Shown piece after piece: positions 37,941 through 52,529 of a DNA stretch of 64,000 nucleotides. The position numbers were made by a program, and so were the translations under genes. The notes under the pieces are model-generated. The model had not been told where the DNA came from, ran no database searches, and saw only the letters and a program-made list of their open reading frames with translations. Origin of the DNA: Cycas panzhihuaensis (taxonomy: Eukaryota; Plantae; Cycadophyta); contig CM041465.1 of assembly GCA_023213395.1 (NCBI GenBank), positions 88,729,741 to 88,793,740 of the forward strand, in the 5' to 3' direction. Position 1 is the stretch's first letter, and the number at the start of each line of letters is the position of its first letter.

Positions 37941-40900
37941 ATGGCCTCCTCAATTTTAACCTTGACCGATCAAGAAAAATTAACTGATTCAAATTACCAT
38001 ATATGGAAGATTAAAGTAGAAGCACTTTTAAGAGCCAAAACACTTGGAAAATTGCAAATGGTTACGAAGCTCGTCCAATGCAACAGATCCAACCACAGCA
38101 AGTTGGAAGGAAAGAGATAATATAGGAATAATCATTCTAAAGATGTTAGTTTCGATTTACTAGTGGTATATATAGAGAAATTAAACTCTACGGATATCCG
38201 GAAATGTCTTGAGAATTTGTATGGGCGTAAGAACAAAGCCAGGATAATTGCACTCAAGGAAGATTTGTACAAACTCCACATGAAGGAAAGTGAGACTGTA
38301 ACGGAATTCATACACAAAGTTATTTCAATTAGAAATAATCTCTTAAGTGCAGGAAGCATTATTTCAGAACAAGAGTTGGTGGAATTGGTGGCAAGCAAGC
38401 TACCGAGATCCTTTGACATAACCATTAACACCATTACAAACAATAACCAGATTGATAAAATGACTCTTGATGAATTGACTGGGTTGTTATTAAGGCAAGA
38501 ATAAAGGAACAAGCGCTATGAGGATTCTTCAAAGTCGGAAGATGCTTTTGCATCTAGATTGAACCTAGAGCACGCGGACGAAACCGGGCTCGTGGGCGAC
38601 AGACTCTAAACATCGAGAGGTCAAGGGCGTTGACAAGAATTTAGAGGACGTGGACAAAGCAAAGACACCAGGGTCTGCTTCAACTATGGAAAAACTGGGC
38701 ACATCTCCAGTACATGCAGATTTTTTGATACTTGTTATCACTACGGACAATCAGGGCATTACCCATACCAATGCCCATAAAGAAGGGTCAACATTCGGAT
38801 AGGGAAACGACACATTGGAGGATATAGCAAAGAAAATACAGAGGAAGAGAAAGAAGAGACTGCCTTCATCGTCGCACTGGCAACAAGTCTAAAAGATGGT
38901 GACATATGGTATGTGGATTCGGAGCTTTATGACACATGACCAATCGTGAAGATTGGTTTGAAACCTTAAAGCCTTGCGACTTGATAATCGGTTGAGCGGG
39001 AGATAAATACCCACTCCACATAAAAGGGGTGGGTACTATCACCATCAATCTGCAAGGAAATGTAAAGAAAATTGGGAATGTTCTACTAGTCCCTGGTCTA
39101 GAAATGAATCTCCTTTCTGTTTCACAACCTAGCAAAAAAATGGCTAAGGACAATTTTCAATAAAGAAGGTTATTGTCACATTCTGGACATGAAAAACAAC
39201 GGGGAAATCATTGCCAAAGGCATAAGATGTAATGATCTGTACAAACTTATCGGATCCTATGATTCCTGTGAAAGAAAAGCTTATCTTGTTGTTAAATCTG
39301 ATAATAAAATTTGGCATTTGAAGTATGGACATCTTCCAATTAAAACATTAAAATCAATGGAAAAATCAGGCATAGTAAATGGGTTGCCCCATATTTCTTC
39401 TGACAACTTTGTTTGCAAAGGCTGCCAATTTGGCAAACAACACTGACATCCATTTAAAGAAAGCTGTTGGAGGGCACAATCTAAGTTGGAGTTAATTCAT
39501 ACGGACATGTGGTCCCATCACACCACTCATAATCAATGGCTGCAGGTATTTTCTGACCTTCATTGATGATTTTACTCGAAAAGTGTGGCTTTACTTTCTT
39601 CACAATAAATCAGAAGTTTTCGAAACATTCAAAGAATTTAAAGCAGAAGTAGAGCTGGAATCAGGAACAAAGATCAAGTGCATCAGATCAGATGGAGGAG
39701 GGGAATACATCTCGAAGGAGTTTCTGAACTACTGTAAGTTACATGGAGTTCGCAGACAATTCACAACTCCATATACACCACAATCCAATGGGGTTGCAGA
39801 AAGGAAAAATAGGACTTTAATGGAAATGGCTAGAAGCATGGTTTATGAAAAGGAGATTCCAAAATCATATTGGGCAAAGGCAATAAGCACCGCCTACTAT
39901 CTAATAAATCGGAGTCCAACAAAGGCTCTAAAGAACATCACTCCAAAAGAAGCTTGGACAGGTAGGAAACCTGATGTGAGTTTACTTAAAATATTTGGTA
40001 GCCAAGCTTTTGTTCATATACCTGATAAAAGGAGATCTAAAATTGATGCAAAGAGCATAGAATGCATTATGATAGGCTACAACAAAAACTCAAAGGCCTA
40101 TAAGTGCATAGATCCTAAGACCAATAAAATCTACGTAAGTAGAGATGTTGTTTTCAATGAAGGAGATAGCTCAAATGATACTTCACAAGTTAGAATAATC
40201 GAAAGAAATGAGAAGGAGGTGGATCAAGAAGCTGTGTCCGAGATTACCTTAGAGGAAATTCCCTCTACAGAATCATCCCCTTCCTCTTCATCAATTCAAA
40301 ATGAAACAACAGAAGGCGAAGGATCAGCCATAGAATAACCAGTAGAGGAAACAGACATTGAAAAAGATGCACAAAAACAAAAGAAGTTACCCAAATGGTT
40401 CATCAAAACAGTCGAAGAGGGAAAAGGTAATGTGCTTGAACACAGAACACGAAGCCAAAGGCCAAGAACCCTGATGAGTAGAATTGAACCACAAACCTTC
40501 TAAGAGGCCAAAGATCAACATGAATGGAAGTTAGCCATGGACAATGAAATGGACTCAATTAGAAGAAATCAAACATGGAGTCGGTAGAGTTACAGCCAAC
40601 AAATCTATAGTCACCGCAAATGGGTCTCGAAATTAAGGAGGGAACGGTGGCAAAATAGAGAAGCACAAAGCACGCCTTGTTGCAAACGGATACACTCAAG
40701 CGACCAGAGTGGATTTTGAAGAAACTCTCTCCGTGGCCAAGCTAAACAACTGTAAGGACCGTAATTGCCCAAGTTGCTATGCAAAATTGAAAATTCTTTC
40801 AATTAGATGTAAAAGTGCCTTTTGAATGGGGAATTAGAAAAGGAGGTCTATATAAAACAACACGAAGGATACATCAAAGAAGGGCAAGAGCATCTGATAT

Positions 40901-41519
40901 GCAAATTAAAAAAGGATCTATATGGATTAAAACAAGCCCCTCGAGCTTGGTATGCAAAATTAGATCAATACTTGTGTCAAAATTGCTTTCAACGATGTGA
41001 TTCAAACTCCAGCTTATACATAAGGAAAAGAAATGGCAAAGTCACAATAATTGTTGTTTATGTAGATGACATGGTTCTCACAGGTAATGATGGAGAATCC
41101 ATTGCAAACATAAAGGAACAATCAAGCAAGAATTGAAATGATGATTTGGGCCTCTGAACTATTACAGGATTAGAAATAGACCAACAACAAGGTTATGTTG
41201 CTCTATCTCGAGCAAATACATCGAGATCTATTGACCAAATTTCATATGGAAAATTGCAACCCCTGCCACACCCATGGAAATAAATTGTGACTGGCGGTGA
41301 CGAAGTGGAGCAGCAATGATATCACCTTGTATAGACAAATGATTGGGAGTCTGATTTATCTAATGACCACCTACGACATATCACATTCGTTAGGGTTAGT
41401 GTCCGATACATGCAAAACCCCAAAATGAGACACTAGAAGGCCACAAGGAAAATTCTAAGGTACCTAAAAGGGACGACAGATCTGAAATTAGTGTATCCTA
41501 AGAGAGAATCAGTTGATCT
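37941..41519 (+). pseudogene. C4 gag-protease-integrase-RT
   Basis: [65 protein letters not shown]. Confidence 0.92.
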
Positions 41520-44500
41520 TGTTAGGAGATAATGTTTTATCATGTAGTTAGTATATTTAATCATGACGTGTCATAATCTCAAAGGTTGGTTATTCACCAA
41601 GAACTGACCGTTACCAACCTCCTCTTGTATTTATGTGAAACATTCTCTCAATAACAAAATGTTGAGTTTTCTCTCAAACTTGTCTGTTTCTTAATTCAAG
41701 TTAACATGGTATCAGAGCGAGGTCAGCCTCAATCGCTCTTCTGAAGGAGAAATCTCTGTTGATAGAAGACTAGTCAAGGGTCTAAGAGGGAGACAAAGCA
41801 GGAAAGCATTCCAGCATTGATAAAGGCCATTAAATTCTGGTGTACGGAATCCGTACGGACGTCACTTTTTTGAAGTTGTCAGATCGTGACAAAATTTGGT
41901 AGGAAGGTAGATCGAACCTGGAGCATCTTTCTCTTACGCAACAAAGTCATTTGAAGGCGTTTGAGGGTCAAATGAGGCTCAAACCGATCCGCACGAATTG
42001 AGGGCAAAAGAGGACAAATCTCTTCGATTTTCAGAAATACCGGGTATTTTCGGTCCTAAATCCTCCGTACAATTGATACAAAGCATTTCGAACCGATTTT
42101 TGCAAATCTTCGAGTATTTTGATTAGAATCTTCAAAAGCGACTTGATGCCCTAAGCACGATTTTTCTTCGAGCATGTTTCTTCCATTTGGAAAAGAATTT
42201 CGAAAATCCGTCTTCATATCTAGATAGGCGATAAAAAGATCTATCTTTTGAGGTGTATTTTGTTCCCATCCGTACACCTAGGATTTTGTATGCAGACAAT
42301 CCGTGGGTTATCTTGATCAAGGTTCAGTACCTTCTCTTCTCAGTAATAATGGTTGCTCATTTGTTTGGTCTCTCTGAACAAGACAAACTCACTGAAACTA
42401 ATTATCATATTTGGAAAATAAAGGTTGAGACATTGCTTAGGGCCCGAAATGCTTAGAACATTACTCTCGGCGTTGAAGCCAAACCTGACGAGGCCAGTGC
42501 TACCCTTCCTAGATGGTTGGATAGAGACAATGCTGGTGTCATAATCCTCAAACTGTGAGTATCTGATTCATTGTTGGTATATGTTAAAAAATTAGCGTCC
42601 ACATTAAGCATATGGAGATGCTTTGAAAACTTGTTTGGCCAAAAAATAAGGCTCGAATATTTGCATTAAAGAGGATCTGTATAAGTTGAGTATGAAAGAA
42701 CATGAGGCGATGGCGAATTTATACACAAGATCACTTCAATTAGGAATGGACTTACGGCAGGAGAAATCTTGCACGAATCAACTTGTTCGGGATGGTAGCA
42801 ACAAAGTGTCCAAGGCCTTTGATGTCACCATCAATACCATCATGAATAATAATTAGATTGATGCTATGACCCTTGACGAATTGACTGGAATTTTGCTCAG
42901 AAAGGAACAAAGGAATCGTGGTATGACTCGTGAGCTTGAAGATGTGTTTACCTCAGAGTAAACACAGGACCGCGAGGACAAAGTCAGCTACGTGGAAGAG
43001 GAAGAACTCCAGACTTTAGAAGCGGTGGTCGTGGTCGGCATTTAGACAACAGAGGACGAGGACGAGGTCATGACTCCAAAATATGTTTCAACTGTGGTAG
43101 ATCTGGACACTTTGCCAGTACCTGCAGAGCATTTGACGTGTGTTGCCATTGTGGGCAGACTGGACACTATCCCTATCAATGTTCTCAGAGAAGGACTGAC
43201 ATTCAGAGAGGGAAAAGACCAATAGGCAACTATAGCAAAGAACAGATTGAAGAGGATGAAGAAGAAACAACATTCCTAGTTGCCTTATCAGCAGGTATAA
43301 AAGAAATTGACACCTAGTTTATTGATTCTGGAGCTTCACGACACATGACAAATCGTGAAGACTGGTTTGAATCCTTGAAACCCAGTGATGTCAATAAGTT
43401 AGTGGAATTAGGTGATAAGTACCCTCTAAATGTTAAAGGAGTAGGTACCATTTCAGTTTATGTACAAGGTAACACAAGGAAAATTGGCAACGTTCTGTTG
43501 GTTCTAGATTTAAAAATGAATCTCTTGTCTGTTTCACAACTTAGCAAAAAGGGGCTAAGAACGGTATTTGATGAAGATGCTATCATTTGATCTTGGACAT
43601 GAAAATAATGGAGAAACTATTGCCAAAGGCATAAGGAGTGACGACTTGTACAAATTGATCTCAGATCTGATAATACCTAATATGAATCCAAAAGGTTGTA
43701 CCACTGTGAATTTTGATAATAAAGTGTGGCATTTGAAGTACAGACATCTCCCAGTTGAAACATTAAAAAAAATGAAAAAATCTGAAATGGTGTATGGACT
43801 GCCTAATATTTCCTCAAAAGCGTGTGCAAAGGATGTCAGTTTGGAAAAATTCACAGATTGCCTTTCAAAGAAAGTAAATGGAGATCATCAAATAAATTAG
43901 AGTTAATTCACACAGACTTATGTGGACCTCTTACACCACTTTCGATAAATGGTTGTAGGTATTCCATAACCTTTATTGATGATTTCACTCAAAAAGTATG
44001 GGTGTACTTCCTTCACAACAAAACAGAAGTATTTGAAATCTGTAAAGAGTTCAAAGCAGAAATGGAACTTGAATCAGACTCTAAAATAAAATGTATAAGG
44101 TCAGATGAAGGAGGAGAATATATCTTCAATGAATTCCTGTCATATTGCAAAAGGAATGGGATTCGGATACAGGTCACCACATCTTATACTCCACAATCAA
44201 ATGGAGTTGTTGAAAGGAAAAACAGAACATTGATGGAAATGGCTCGTAGCATGGTACATGAAAAATAAGTTCCAAAATCCTTTTGGGCAGAAGCAGTTAA
44301 CATAGCATGCTATCTTATAAATAGGAGCCCCAGCAAAGCACTAGACAATATTACTCCAGAAAAAGCATGGATGTAAGAAACACATCGACTCTCAAGGTTT
44401 TAGCGATGAGTCTATGTACACATACCAAACAAAAAGAGGGCAAAGTTGATGCAAAAAGCATAGAATGCATTATGATAGGATACAAGAATTCAAAGGCCTA

Positions 44501-46591
44501 TAAATGCATTGACCCAAAACAAGCAGAATATATATGTTAGTAGAGACATAGTATTTGATGAAGAAATTTCGTGCGCAATCACAAATTAAACTACTTGAAG
44601 AAGAAACAAAGAACTTCAATGAAGGAAATATCATAAAACAATTCTCAGACATCACTCTGAGAAGAAAATTTGCCCACTCACCCGTGATAATTCCAATGAA
44701 GAAAGGGATATAGTACAAGAAGTTGAATCTCACTTAGAAGAAAGAGATGACTCGAGAAATGAAAAGAAATTGCCCAAATGGTTCCTCAAAACCATTGAAG
44801 AAGGAGGAAACACCCTGGATCACAAAACTAGAGGACAAAGACCAAGAGCCTTACTCAGTAGGATTGAACTTGAGCCACAATCCTTTCAAGCCCAGGACCA
44901 GCCACAATAGAAAATAGCAATGGATGCCAAAATGAACTCAATTGGCAAAAATCTGACTTGGGATCTGGTGGAACTTCCCCCAAGTAAACCTATAGTCAAC
45001 TGCGGTGGGTTTATAAAATCAAAGAAGGAGCAACTGGAAAAATTGAAAAACACAAAGCTCGACTCGTAGCTAAGGGATACACTCAAACATCAGGAATTGA
45101 CTTTGAAGAAACTTTCTCACCTGTAGCCAAGTTGAATATGGTCAGGACAATAATGGCCCTCATAGCCTTGCTCGACTGGAAAAATTTCCAACTTGATGTA
45201 AAAAGCGCATTCTTAAATGGAGATCTTGAAGAAGATGTATATATGACACAACCAGAAGGCTACATAAAGAAAGGGCAAGAACATCTAGTATGTAAGTTGA
45301 AAAAGGCACTGTATGGACTAAAGCAAGCTCCCCGAGCATGGTATGCTAAGCTGGATCAACACTTATGTGCCAATGGCTTTCAACGTTGCGGTTCAGATTC
45401 CAGTTTGTATACCAAGAAAATAGGTGATCAAATTACAGTAATTGTTGTATATGTAGATGACATGATATTGACTGGGAACGATGATACATCAATCATAGAA
45501 ATAAAAGAGCAGTTGCAGAAGAAATTTGAAATGACAGATCTTGGTCCTCTTAATTATTATCTAGGGTTGGAAGTGAATCAACAAAGAGAATATATCTCTG
45601 TCTCACAAAGAAAATACATACGGGATTTACCGAAAAAATTTGGAATGGAAAAATGCAATCCATGTGCCACTCCCATGGAAATTAATTGTAACTTGGTACC
45701 AGATGAAAATGAACAGACAGTCGATGTAACTTTTTACAGACAATTAGTTGGCAGCCTAATTTATCTCACAGCCACCAGAACTGATATATCTTACTCCGCA
45801 GGAATACTTTCTAGGTATATGCAGGAACCAAGAACAAGACATTGGAAGACAGCCTGGAAAATATTGAGATATCTACGTGGAACAATTGAACTACAATTGG
45901 TTTACCCACGAAAAGGATCAGTAGAACTTGTTGGATCGTGATTCGATCGGGCAAGAGATAAAAGTCAAAAAATCAACCAGTGGCTATTGTTTCTTTCTAG
46001 GAGCAGCAGTAGTATCATGGTGCAGCAGAAAACAATCAACTGTCGCACTCTCATCAACAGAAGCAGAATATAAAGCAGCAGTAACAGCGACCTATGCAGC
46101 AATTTGGCTTAGACAGCTGCTGGTCGGCTTGAATCATTCTCAAGCCTGTGGAACAACAATATACTGTGACAATCAAAGCACTATCAAGTTGACAAAAAAC
46201 CCAGTGTTCCATGCAAGAACTAAGCATATTGAAGTCCACTATCATTTTATTAGAGAAAAGGTATATAACAAGGAAGTTAGATTAGAATATTGTTCCACTA
46301 CGGAACAAATTGCAGATTTGTTAATAAAGTCACTGGGAAAGGAAAAGTTTCAATATCTGAGAAACAAGATAGGTTTAAAAGAGATAAAACATTAAGAGAG
46401 GATGTTAGGAGATAATGTTTTATCATGTAGTTAGTATATTTAATCATGACACATGTCATAATCTCAGAGGTTCGTTATTCACCAAGAATTGACCGCTACC
46501 AACCTCCTCTTGTATTTATGTGAAACATTCTCTCAATAACAAAATGTTGAGTTTTCTCTCAATCATGTCTGTCTCCTAATTCAAGTTAACA
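41520..46591 (+). mobile_element. Full-length Copia element C5 nested in C4 at the RT/RNase H boundary
   Basis: TSD GATCT at 41515-41519 and 46592-46596. LTRs 41520-41706 and 46403-46591 (~94-95%), PBS 41707-41718, PPT 46394-46402. Confidence 0.95.
42349..46395 (+). pseudogene. C5 gag-pol (disrupted by stops and indels)
   Basis: KLTETNYHIWK, IDSGASRHMT, LIHTDLCGP, QLDVKSAFLNG..VVYVDDMI, KSTSGYCFFLG..HARTKHIEVHYHFIREKV. Confidence 0.93.
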
Positions 46592-46931
46592 GATCTATCG
46601 GGTTTCTACAACTCCGATTGGGCAGGAGACAAAGAACAAAGGAAATCAACTAGTGGGTACTATTTTTTTCTAGGATCTGCAGCAATTTCTTGGTACAGCA
46701 AAAAATAGGCTATTGTTGCACTATCGTCTACTGAGGTAGAATACAAAGCAGATGTTACAGCAACGCGCGAAGCTATCTGGTTGAGACAACTTCTGGCTGA
46801 CTTGGAACAATGACAAAATCAAGGGACGATTCTGAAATGTGACAATCAGATCACCATCAAATTAACCAAAAATATAGTCCTTCATGCAAGAACCAAACAC
46901 ATAGAAGTACATCATCACTTCATAAGGGAGA

Positions 46932-49900
46932 TGTTTGACATTAACATGGAAAACAGTTATCATCCACAATAACAATATCAAAGACCAAAGACGAACTCAA
47001 CATAATCAGAATACCAAAGCACCCAAGACTCAACATGAACCTTGATGATTACATCATAACATATACTACCTCGACCACCTTTATATACAAAATAGGTGGA
47101 AGGACCTACAAGACAAGTAATGCATGTGGGACAAAACCTTTATCATGACCAATGACATTACACCAATTAACTTGACCAATAAGATTCCATCCTCTCACAC
47201 AATATTATAATGATAAATGACTATTGGACTCTAAGACTTAGGACTATGACTATTAACCTAAGATACACAACATTAAACATTATACTCTAACACCTCCCCT
47301 TAATGTTTAATGTCAAGACTACAAAAGTATTTGAATACTAAAGACTAATATGACACCTGATAATGGACTTAGGGCATTAAACATGACCTCCAAGGGACTT
47401 CAACATGTACTTTGCTTTCTTTGAATTTACAACGTCTTGTTCTTGGAAAGGTCTTGAACACAATGCCTTGGACTTGATTTTGGTCTCCAATCTCGTAATG
47501 TCGCCTCTGGAGCAATCCCTTACAGACGGGTTCTTGAACTTTGCCCTTTTGTCTTCATGTGCAATTGGGAACCCTTTATCACACAAAATGTGTAGTAGAT
47601 CAAGCTTGAGCTGATTTGTGCTTGGTGAGGACATGTCGGTGTTACGCATATACTTATCAAAGGTGTCTTCAAGATGTACATCAAATATGTCTTCCATCAA
47701 AATTCTGGTTTCCACCTGTTTGCTTCTACTTTCTTTAGCATGTGAGTGATTAAACAAATAAATGTCAGCAGTTGGAGATAGGTTGACGATATCATCAATA
47801 TCCAAATATGACGACAAATCATCAAGTGGTGAGACAATATCACTTGAAGAGTGAACATTGTATAGGCCATTATCGTCATCAATATCTTCTAAGTCAACAT
47901 TATTTAAGACACAAGCATAAATATCTTCATCCTGCACATGTTTTTCCTCAATAAGACAAACAAACTTTGCTTCATTATCTTTGATAAGATCATCCTTCCC
48001 TAAAGCAATGAATTCATCATAGTTACCTATATCCGGTTCAACATGCTCATCTGCGTCAACTTTGTCACTTGAAGTAGCAGAACTTCCTTCATCATCTTGC
48101 TTACCTGTGTTAACAACAAAATTGCTTTCCCTTTCAAGACTCTCTTTCACTTGTGCAGGTACTTGTTCTGAATCAATAAGATACTTTGTTTTATCTTCAT
48201 CACTCAAGAGATCTTTTGTCGTACTAAATATGATGAGGATTTCTGTTGCGATCATATGTATGTACCTCCCAACATAAGAATAGTGTAGTATCTTAACATG
48301 ATTGCCTGCCCATACCATACAACAATCTTGGTAGACAAGACTTTGATCAAATGATACTCCAACTATGTTCTTCCTTCTTTTGAATGAATCTTCTAGAACC
48401 AATGCAAGATATATTAACACGTTTGAATTCTTTCAAGGATAAGCGTAGAACATACAAAGTCTTGTGCATATGTATACAACAATGTAACCTGAGAATGTTT
48501 GAAACCTGGCAACAAATTTATCAACATAGAGTAAAGTGATATAATCCACACCTTCCACCAAGTCAGTTGAATTTCCATATTGAACCACCTGTAATAGATT
48601 AGTTTCTGAATTTTCAACGTCCATCCTTTCACTCTTTCCTATTAACGTGCTGAAACTCAAGATGTTTGATGGGATAATTCTCTTCTCAACCTTTGGTTCT
48701 TTATTTTCATCTTCTTCCTCAAATCCTAAGCAACGGACTAAGGTTAAATCTCCAATAAGTTCATTTGCAGAGATTGCTTTGTCACAACAATTGTATTCAT
48801 TTATTTCTTCATCAACAAATAACCTATTTTCATAAACAAGTTTGCATACTTTTTCACCTTCCTTATCATCAAATGAATGTATAAGAGATTTACTCTTACG
48901 AAAACTGACCCGATTACATTTATCCTTTTTTATTTTCTTCTTCAATTTCTTTTTTTGATTCTTTGTCAAGTTACTATGTGCAACCTGCACTTCTGCATTT
49001 TTGTTGTCTTTACCTTTATTCATTGGTTGTTGGTTTGTCAACTTGGAATCAAATTTCTCTTTTATGAAGTTCCATGTTTTGTGTGCCCTACATGTAGTAT
49101 TTTGGGTGAGCCAAAAAATATCACTGAATTTTATGCAGCCTCCTTGTGTGGACATGACAGAAATCCATTAAAATGCAAATGTGTCCTTTTGTTCCAACAC
49201 TGGTGAAGCATCATTGTATCCTTCTAAAACAATCTCCCATAAGCCAAGGGAGATAAGCCAGGACTTCATGTTTTCTGACCATTCTAAATAGTTGTTTTCT
49301 CCAATAGAAGATGTGTATGACCCATTTTGATAACTTTATAACCAAACTGCTTATTGTGATCTTGAAATCATAAACTCGGCAGTCAAAAAGATATCAATAA
49401 ATACGATATTGAACCCTTAGACGGATTGCGGAATAGATGTTTAAATGCAGAGATACAAAATAGAACATACAGAACCTTCTTTTAAACTGTTATCAGATCT
49501 AGCCTTCAAAGCACGACCTTGAACAATAGAATTTATCGTTGTTGGGATCTTTTCAATACAAAAGTGTTACCTGTTTTATCAAGTCAACCTTTCTCCATAT
49601 AGAGGGCTAAGATTTAGAGGCTAGTATTATTCAGACAAGGCCCGCATCTTCTCTGTGTTTGCTGGAACTCATCCGAGTACTTGTGAGACAAGGTGTTTTT
49701 TCCAATCATTAACCAAACCGCCTTTGAAAGAATCAGATCAACAAGATTAAAGTGCCTTCAATATCTCAGTTATTTTTATCGTCATTCCATGCAAAGAGGA
49801 TTACCACACTGACTTATGAAGTTGCAAATGTTAGAAATTAAATTCTGGTATTTGATTTCCCAACAATTCACTACACTGTTTGTGGATATCAACCAGTGCC

Positions 49901-51557
49901 AGACACAGAGAACAAAGACTTTCTTCACAACCCACGTAGACTAATCAGAGCAGATTTCTCGTTGCAAATAATTTCAGAACATCTAGGTTTCGTCTCCCAT
50001 GGTACCATGACCAAACTGCAAGGCACTCATGAACTGTACCATTGACGAAAATTCTGCCTACGGATAATGTTCTGCTTACTTTCCAAGGCACTCATGAACT
50101 ATGATAATGAATGGATTGCAGGATCGAACACAAGTCTCGCCAAGTCGAGCGCCTGCTTAGATTATCGCGGCATACAGAAGCTCTAAAAACCGCTTTGGAG
50201 GATTCTCCTATATAGGGGCTTGTCAACTGGAGATAGACCAATCTTGTGATCAATGCCTTCATCTTCATGAGAAGCTGACAGAGAAAGCAAGTCTGGGCTG
50301 CATTGTACGTGCCCTTGCAGATACTGTCAACACTGTTTAACTTATATTTTTGAAGTGATTATTTCTGTGAAGTCTCCAATAGAAACAATCATCAGAAGAT
50401 GAATGCCTTTGTTTTCATGAGAAGCTGGCAGAAAAACCTGTGACATAAACACAGCGAGTCTGCTGCCCCAATAAGTGCACAGGACCAAGCCGCCAGGTAT
50501 ACCCAACTTATGGATGCCTACGGCTTAGTGCTTCATCGCAGATATGTTATCATAAATTTCCACAGAGCATCTTCACAATCAACCGGGTACGTAGCAGGGC
50601 ATAAAGGCGGTATCACCTCACGATCTCCTTTAACTAGAATAGAAAAATGGAGGCAAGCACGACAACTGCTTTGAATAGAATCGAGCAGATTGCACGGATC
50701 TCAACAATGGAGTTCCAATAGGTAAGTCTTCAACTTATCATGCTCACAATGTCACGAACGGAACACAATTCCTTCTCTCAGGATAACCTTGCTCTGAGCT
50801 AGCAAACCCTTAATGTTCTAACACAATCTCCTAAGGACAAGAATGAAGCCTTAACTCTCATGGTTAAGGTAAATTCAACAACCATCAATTAAAAAACTCC
50901 ATAATCATTTCCTTATAGCAAGATAAGGAACAGAGTTACCTAGACAGAATTCCTGTTTCATATCAACACTTGGCATGCTTCATATCGACGATGACTTTGA
51001 AACTTTTCTTTAATCCGGCACCCACTTGATGGAGCCACCTCCTCTCTCGATCTTCTTCTTACAGCAGGATGTCTTGGAACTTCACTTCCTCAATTTAACT
51101 CTTCAATCTGACAGCCAATCTAACGGAGTTGCCTTCCTCCCTTATCAAAGAGAACTTGCACAACAATAGTGTTAACAAACAACCTGCTCACGATACCATG
51201 TTAGACTTTAACATGGAAAACTTATCATCCACAATAACAATATCAAAGACCAAAGACGAACTCAACATAATCGAATACCAAAGCACCCAAGACTCAACAT
51301 GGGCCTTGATGATTACATCATAACATATACTACCTCGACCACCTTTAGATACAAAATAGGTGGAAGGACCTACAAGACAAGTAATGCATGTGGGACAAAA
51401 CCTTTATCCCGACCAATGACATTACAAAGAACTAACTTGACCAATAAGCTTCTATCCTCTCACACAATATTATAATGATAAATGACTCTTGGACTCTAAG
51501 ACTTAGGACTATGACTATTAACCTAAGATACACAACATTAAACATTATACTCTAATG
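46932..51557 (-). mobile_element. Copia-derived non-autonomous element C6 (no recognisable pol) nested in the RNase H region of C4
   Basis: LTRs 46932-47292 and 51199-51557 (~95%), degenerate Met-i PBS 51186-51198, PPT 47293-47301, imperfect TSD ggaga/taaga. The C4 frame FIRE|KVH resumes after it. Confidence 0.88.
47377..49335 (-). pseudogene. C6 ORF: Copia Gag N-terminus fused to ~550 aa of unknown sequence, one frame with two in-frame stops
   Basis: GENNYLEWSENMKSWLISLGLWEIVLEGY then AHKTWNFIKEKF. ORFs 48433..49155 and 47377..48420 are in the same frame. Confidence 0.75.
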
Positions 51558-51844
51558 TAAGAAAGTTCACAACAGGAGATCGACTTGGAATCATCCATCT
51601 ACGTAACAAGTTGCGACTTCATCGACAAAATCTCTTGGAAAGGAGAAATTTCAAAACCTAAGGCACAGATTAGGTTTACTAGAGATAAAACATTAAGAGA
51701 GGGTGTTATAGTGTAATGTTTTATCTAGATACATAAAGGAGTAATGTTGGAACCCCTCAAATGTAACTTATATCTAAGACGTTGACACTTGGCGTGAGAG
51801 GTGGGTCGGTTACAATTCTTTGTAATACCATCTTATATGATGTA

Positions 51845-52529
51845 TTGGATTCATCGACTCTAACTAGGCGGGAAAACCTCAAGAAAGAAAGTCTACATCG
51901 AGCTCCGCTTCAATCTTGGAATAGTTGTAATATCATGGAGTAGCAAAAGTCCATTAGTAGCTTTGTCCTCAGCAAGTAGAGTACAAAGCTACGAAATGCA
52001 ATCTGTGAAGTAATTTGGTTAAGACAACTCCTCAAGGATCTAAGTCAAAATTGTCAGAAAGCAATGCAATCTCACCGTGATAACCAAAGTGTTATCAAAC
52101 TCACCAAAATCTTGTCTTCCATGCAAGGACCAAACACATAGAAGTTCATCATCACTTCATTAGAGAAAAGGTCTAGAATAAAGAGATAGACTTACAATAT
52201 TGCAATAGTTATCAACAAGTTGAAAATATCTTTACAAAATCATTATCAAAAGATAAATTTCAGATTTCGTAGATCTACTTGGGATGAAAAATAAAGAATA
52301 AAACATTAAGGGAGGGTGTTAGAATATTAAAGTTTTATCCCTAGCCTTGTGCCATAGTGACCTTTATGTAAATTAAGGGTTATATGTCATTGTCCCTCTT
52401 CTGTCTTAAAGCAACACTTATCACACATGTATTGGATTTGTTATGTAAATCAGTTGTATGTAAGAGAAACCATTTCTCTCTCACAAATCAATGAAGATCA
52501 TTCATTTTTTCTTAACAGAGTTTTCAACA
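51845..52529 (+). repeat. Duplicated C3 RNase H end plus PPT plus intact 3' LTR (copy of 36520-37061 extended)
   Basis: ~90% match by eye to 36520-37061, including the shared DSN*AG stop. Confidence 0.9.

Larger units (their letters stand above)
37062..51845 (+). mobile_element. Copia element C4 inserted in the first 3' LTR copy of C3; its own 3' LTR is truncated
   Basis: 5' LTR 37062-37246, PBS tggtatcagagc 37247-37258, pol pieces 37941-41519, 46597-46931 and 51563-51696, PPT, then partial 3' LTR 51704-~51845. Confidence 0.9.
32014..52529 (+). mobile_element. Copia element C3 inserted in the 5' LTR of G7
   Basis: TSD TAGAA at 32009-32013 and 52530-52534. 5' LTR 32014-32225, PBS tggcatcaaagt 32226-32237, interrupted 3' LTR 36993-37061, complete 3' LTR 52317-52529. 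Confidence 0.9.
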
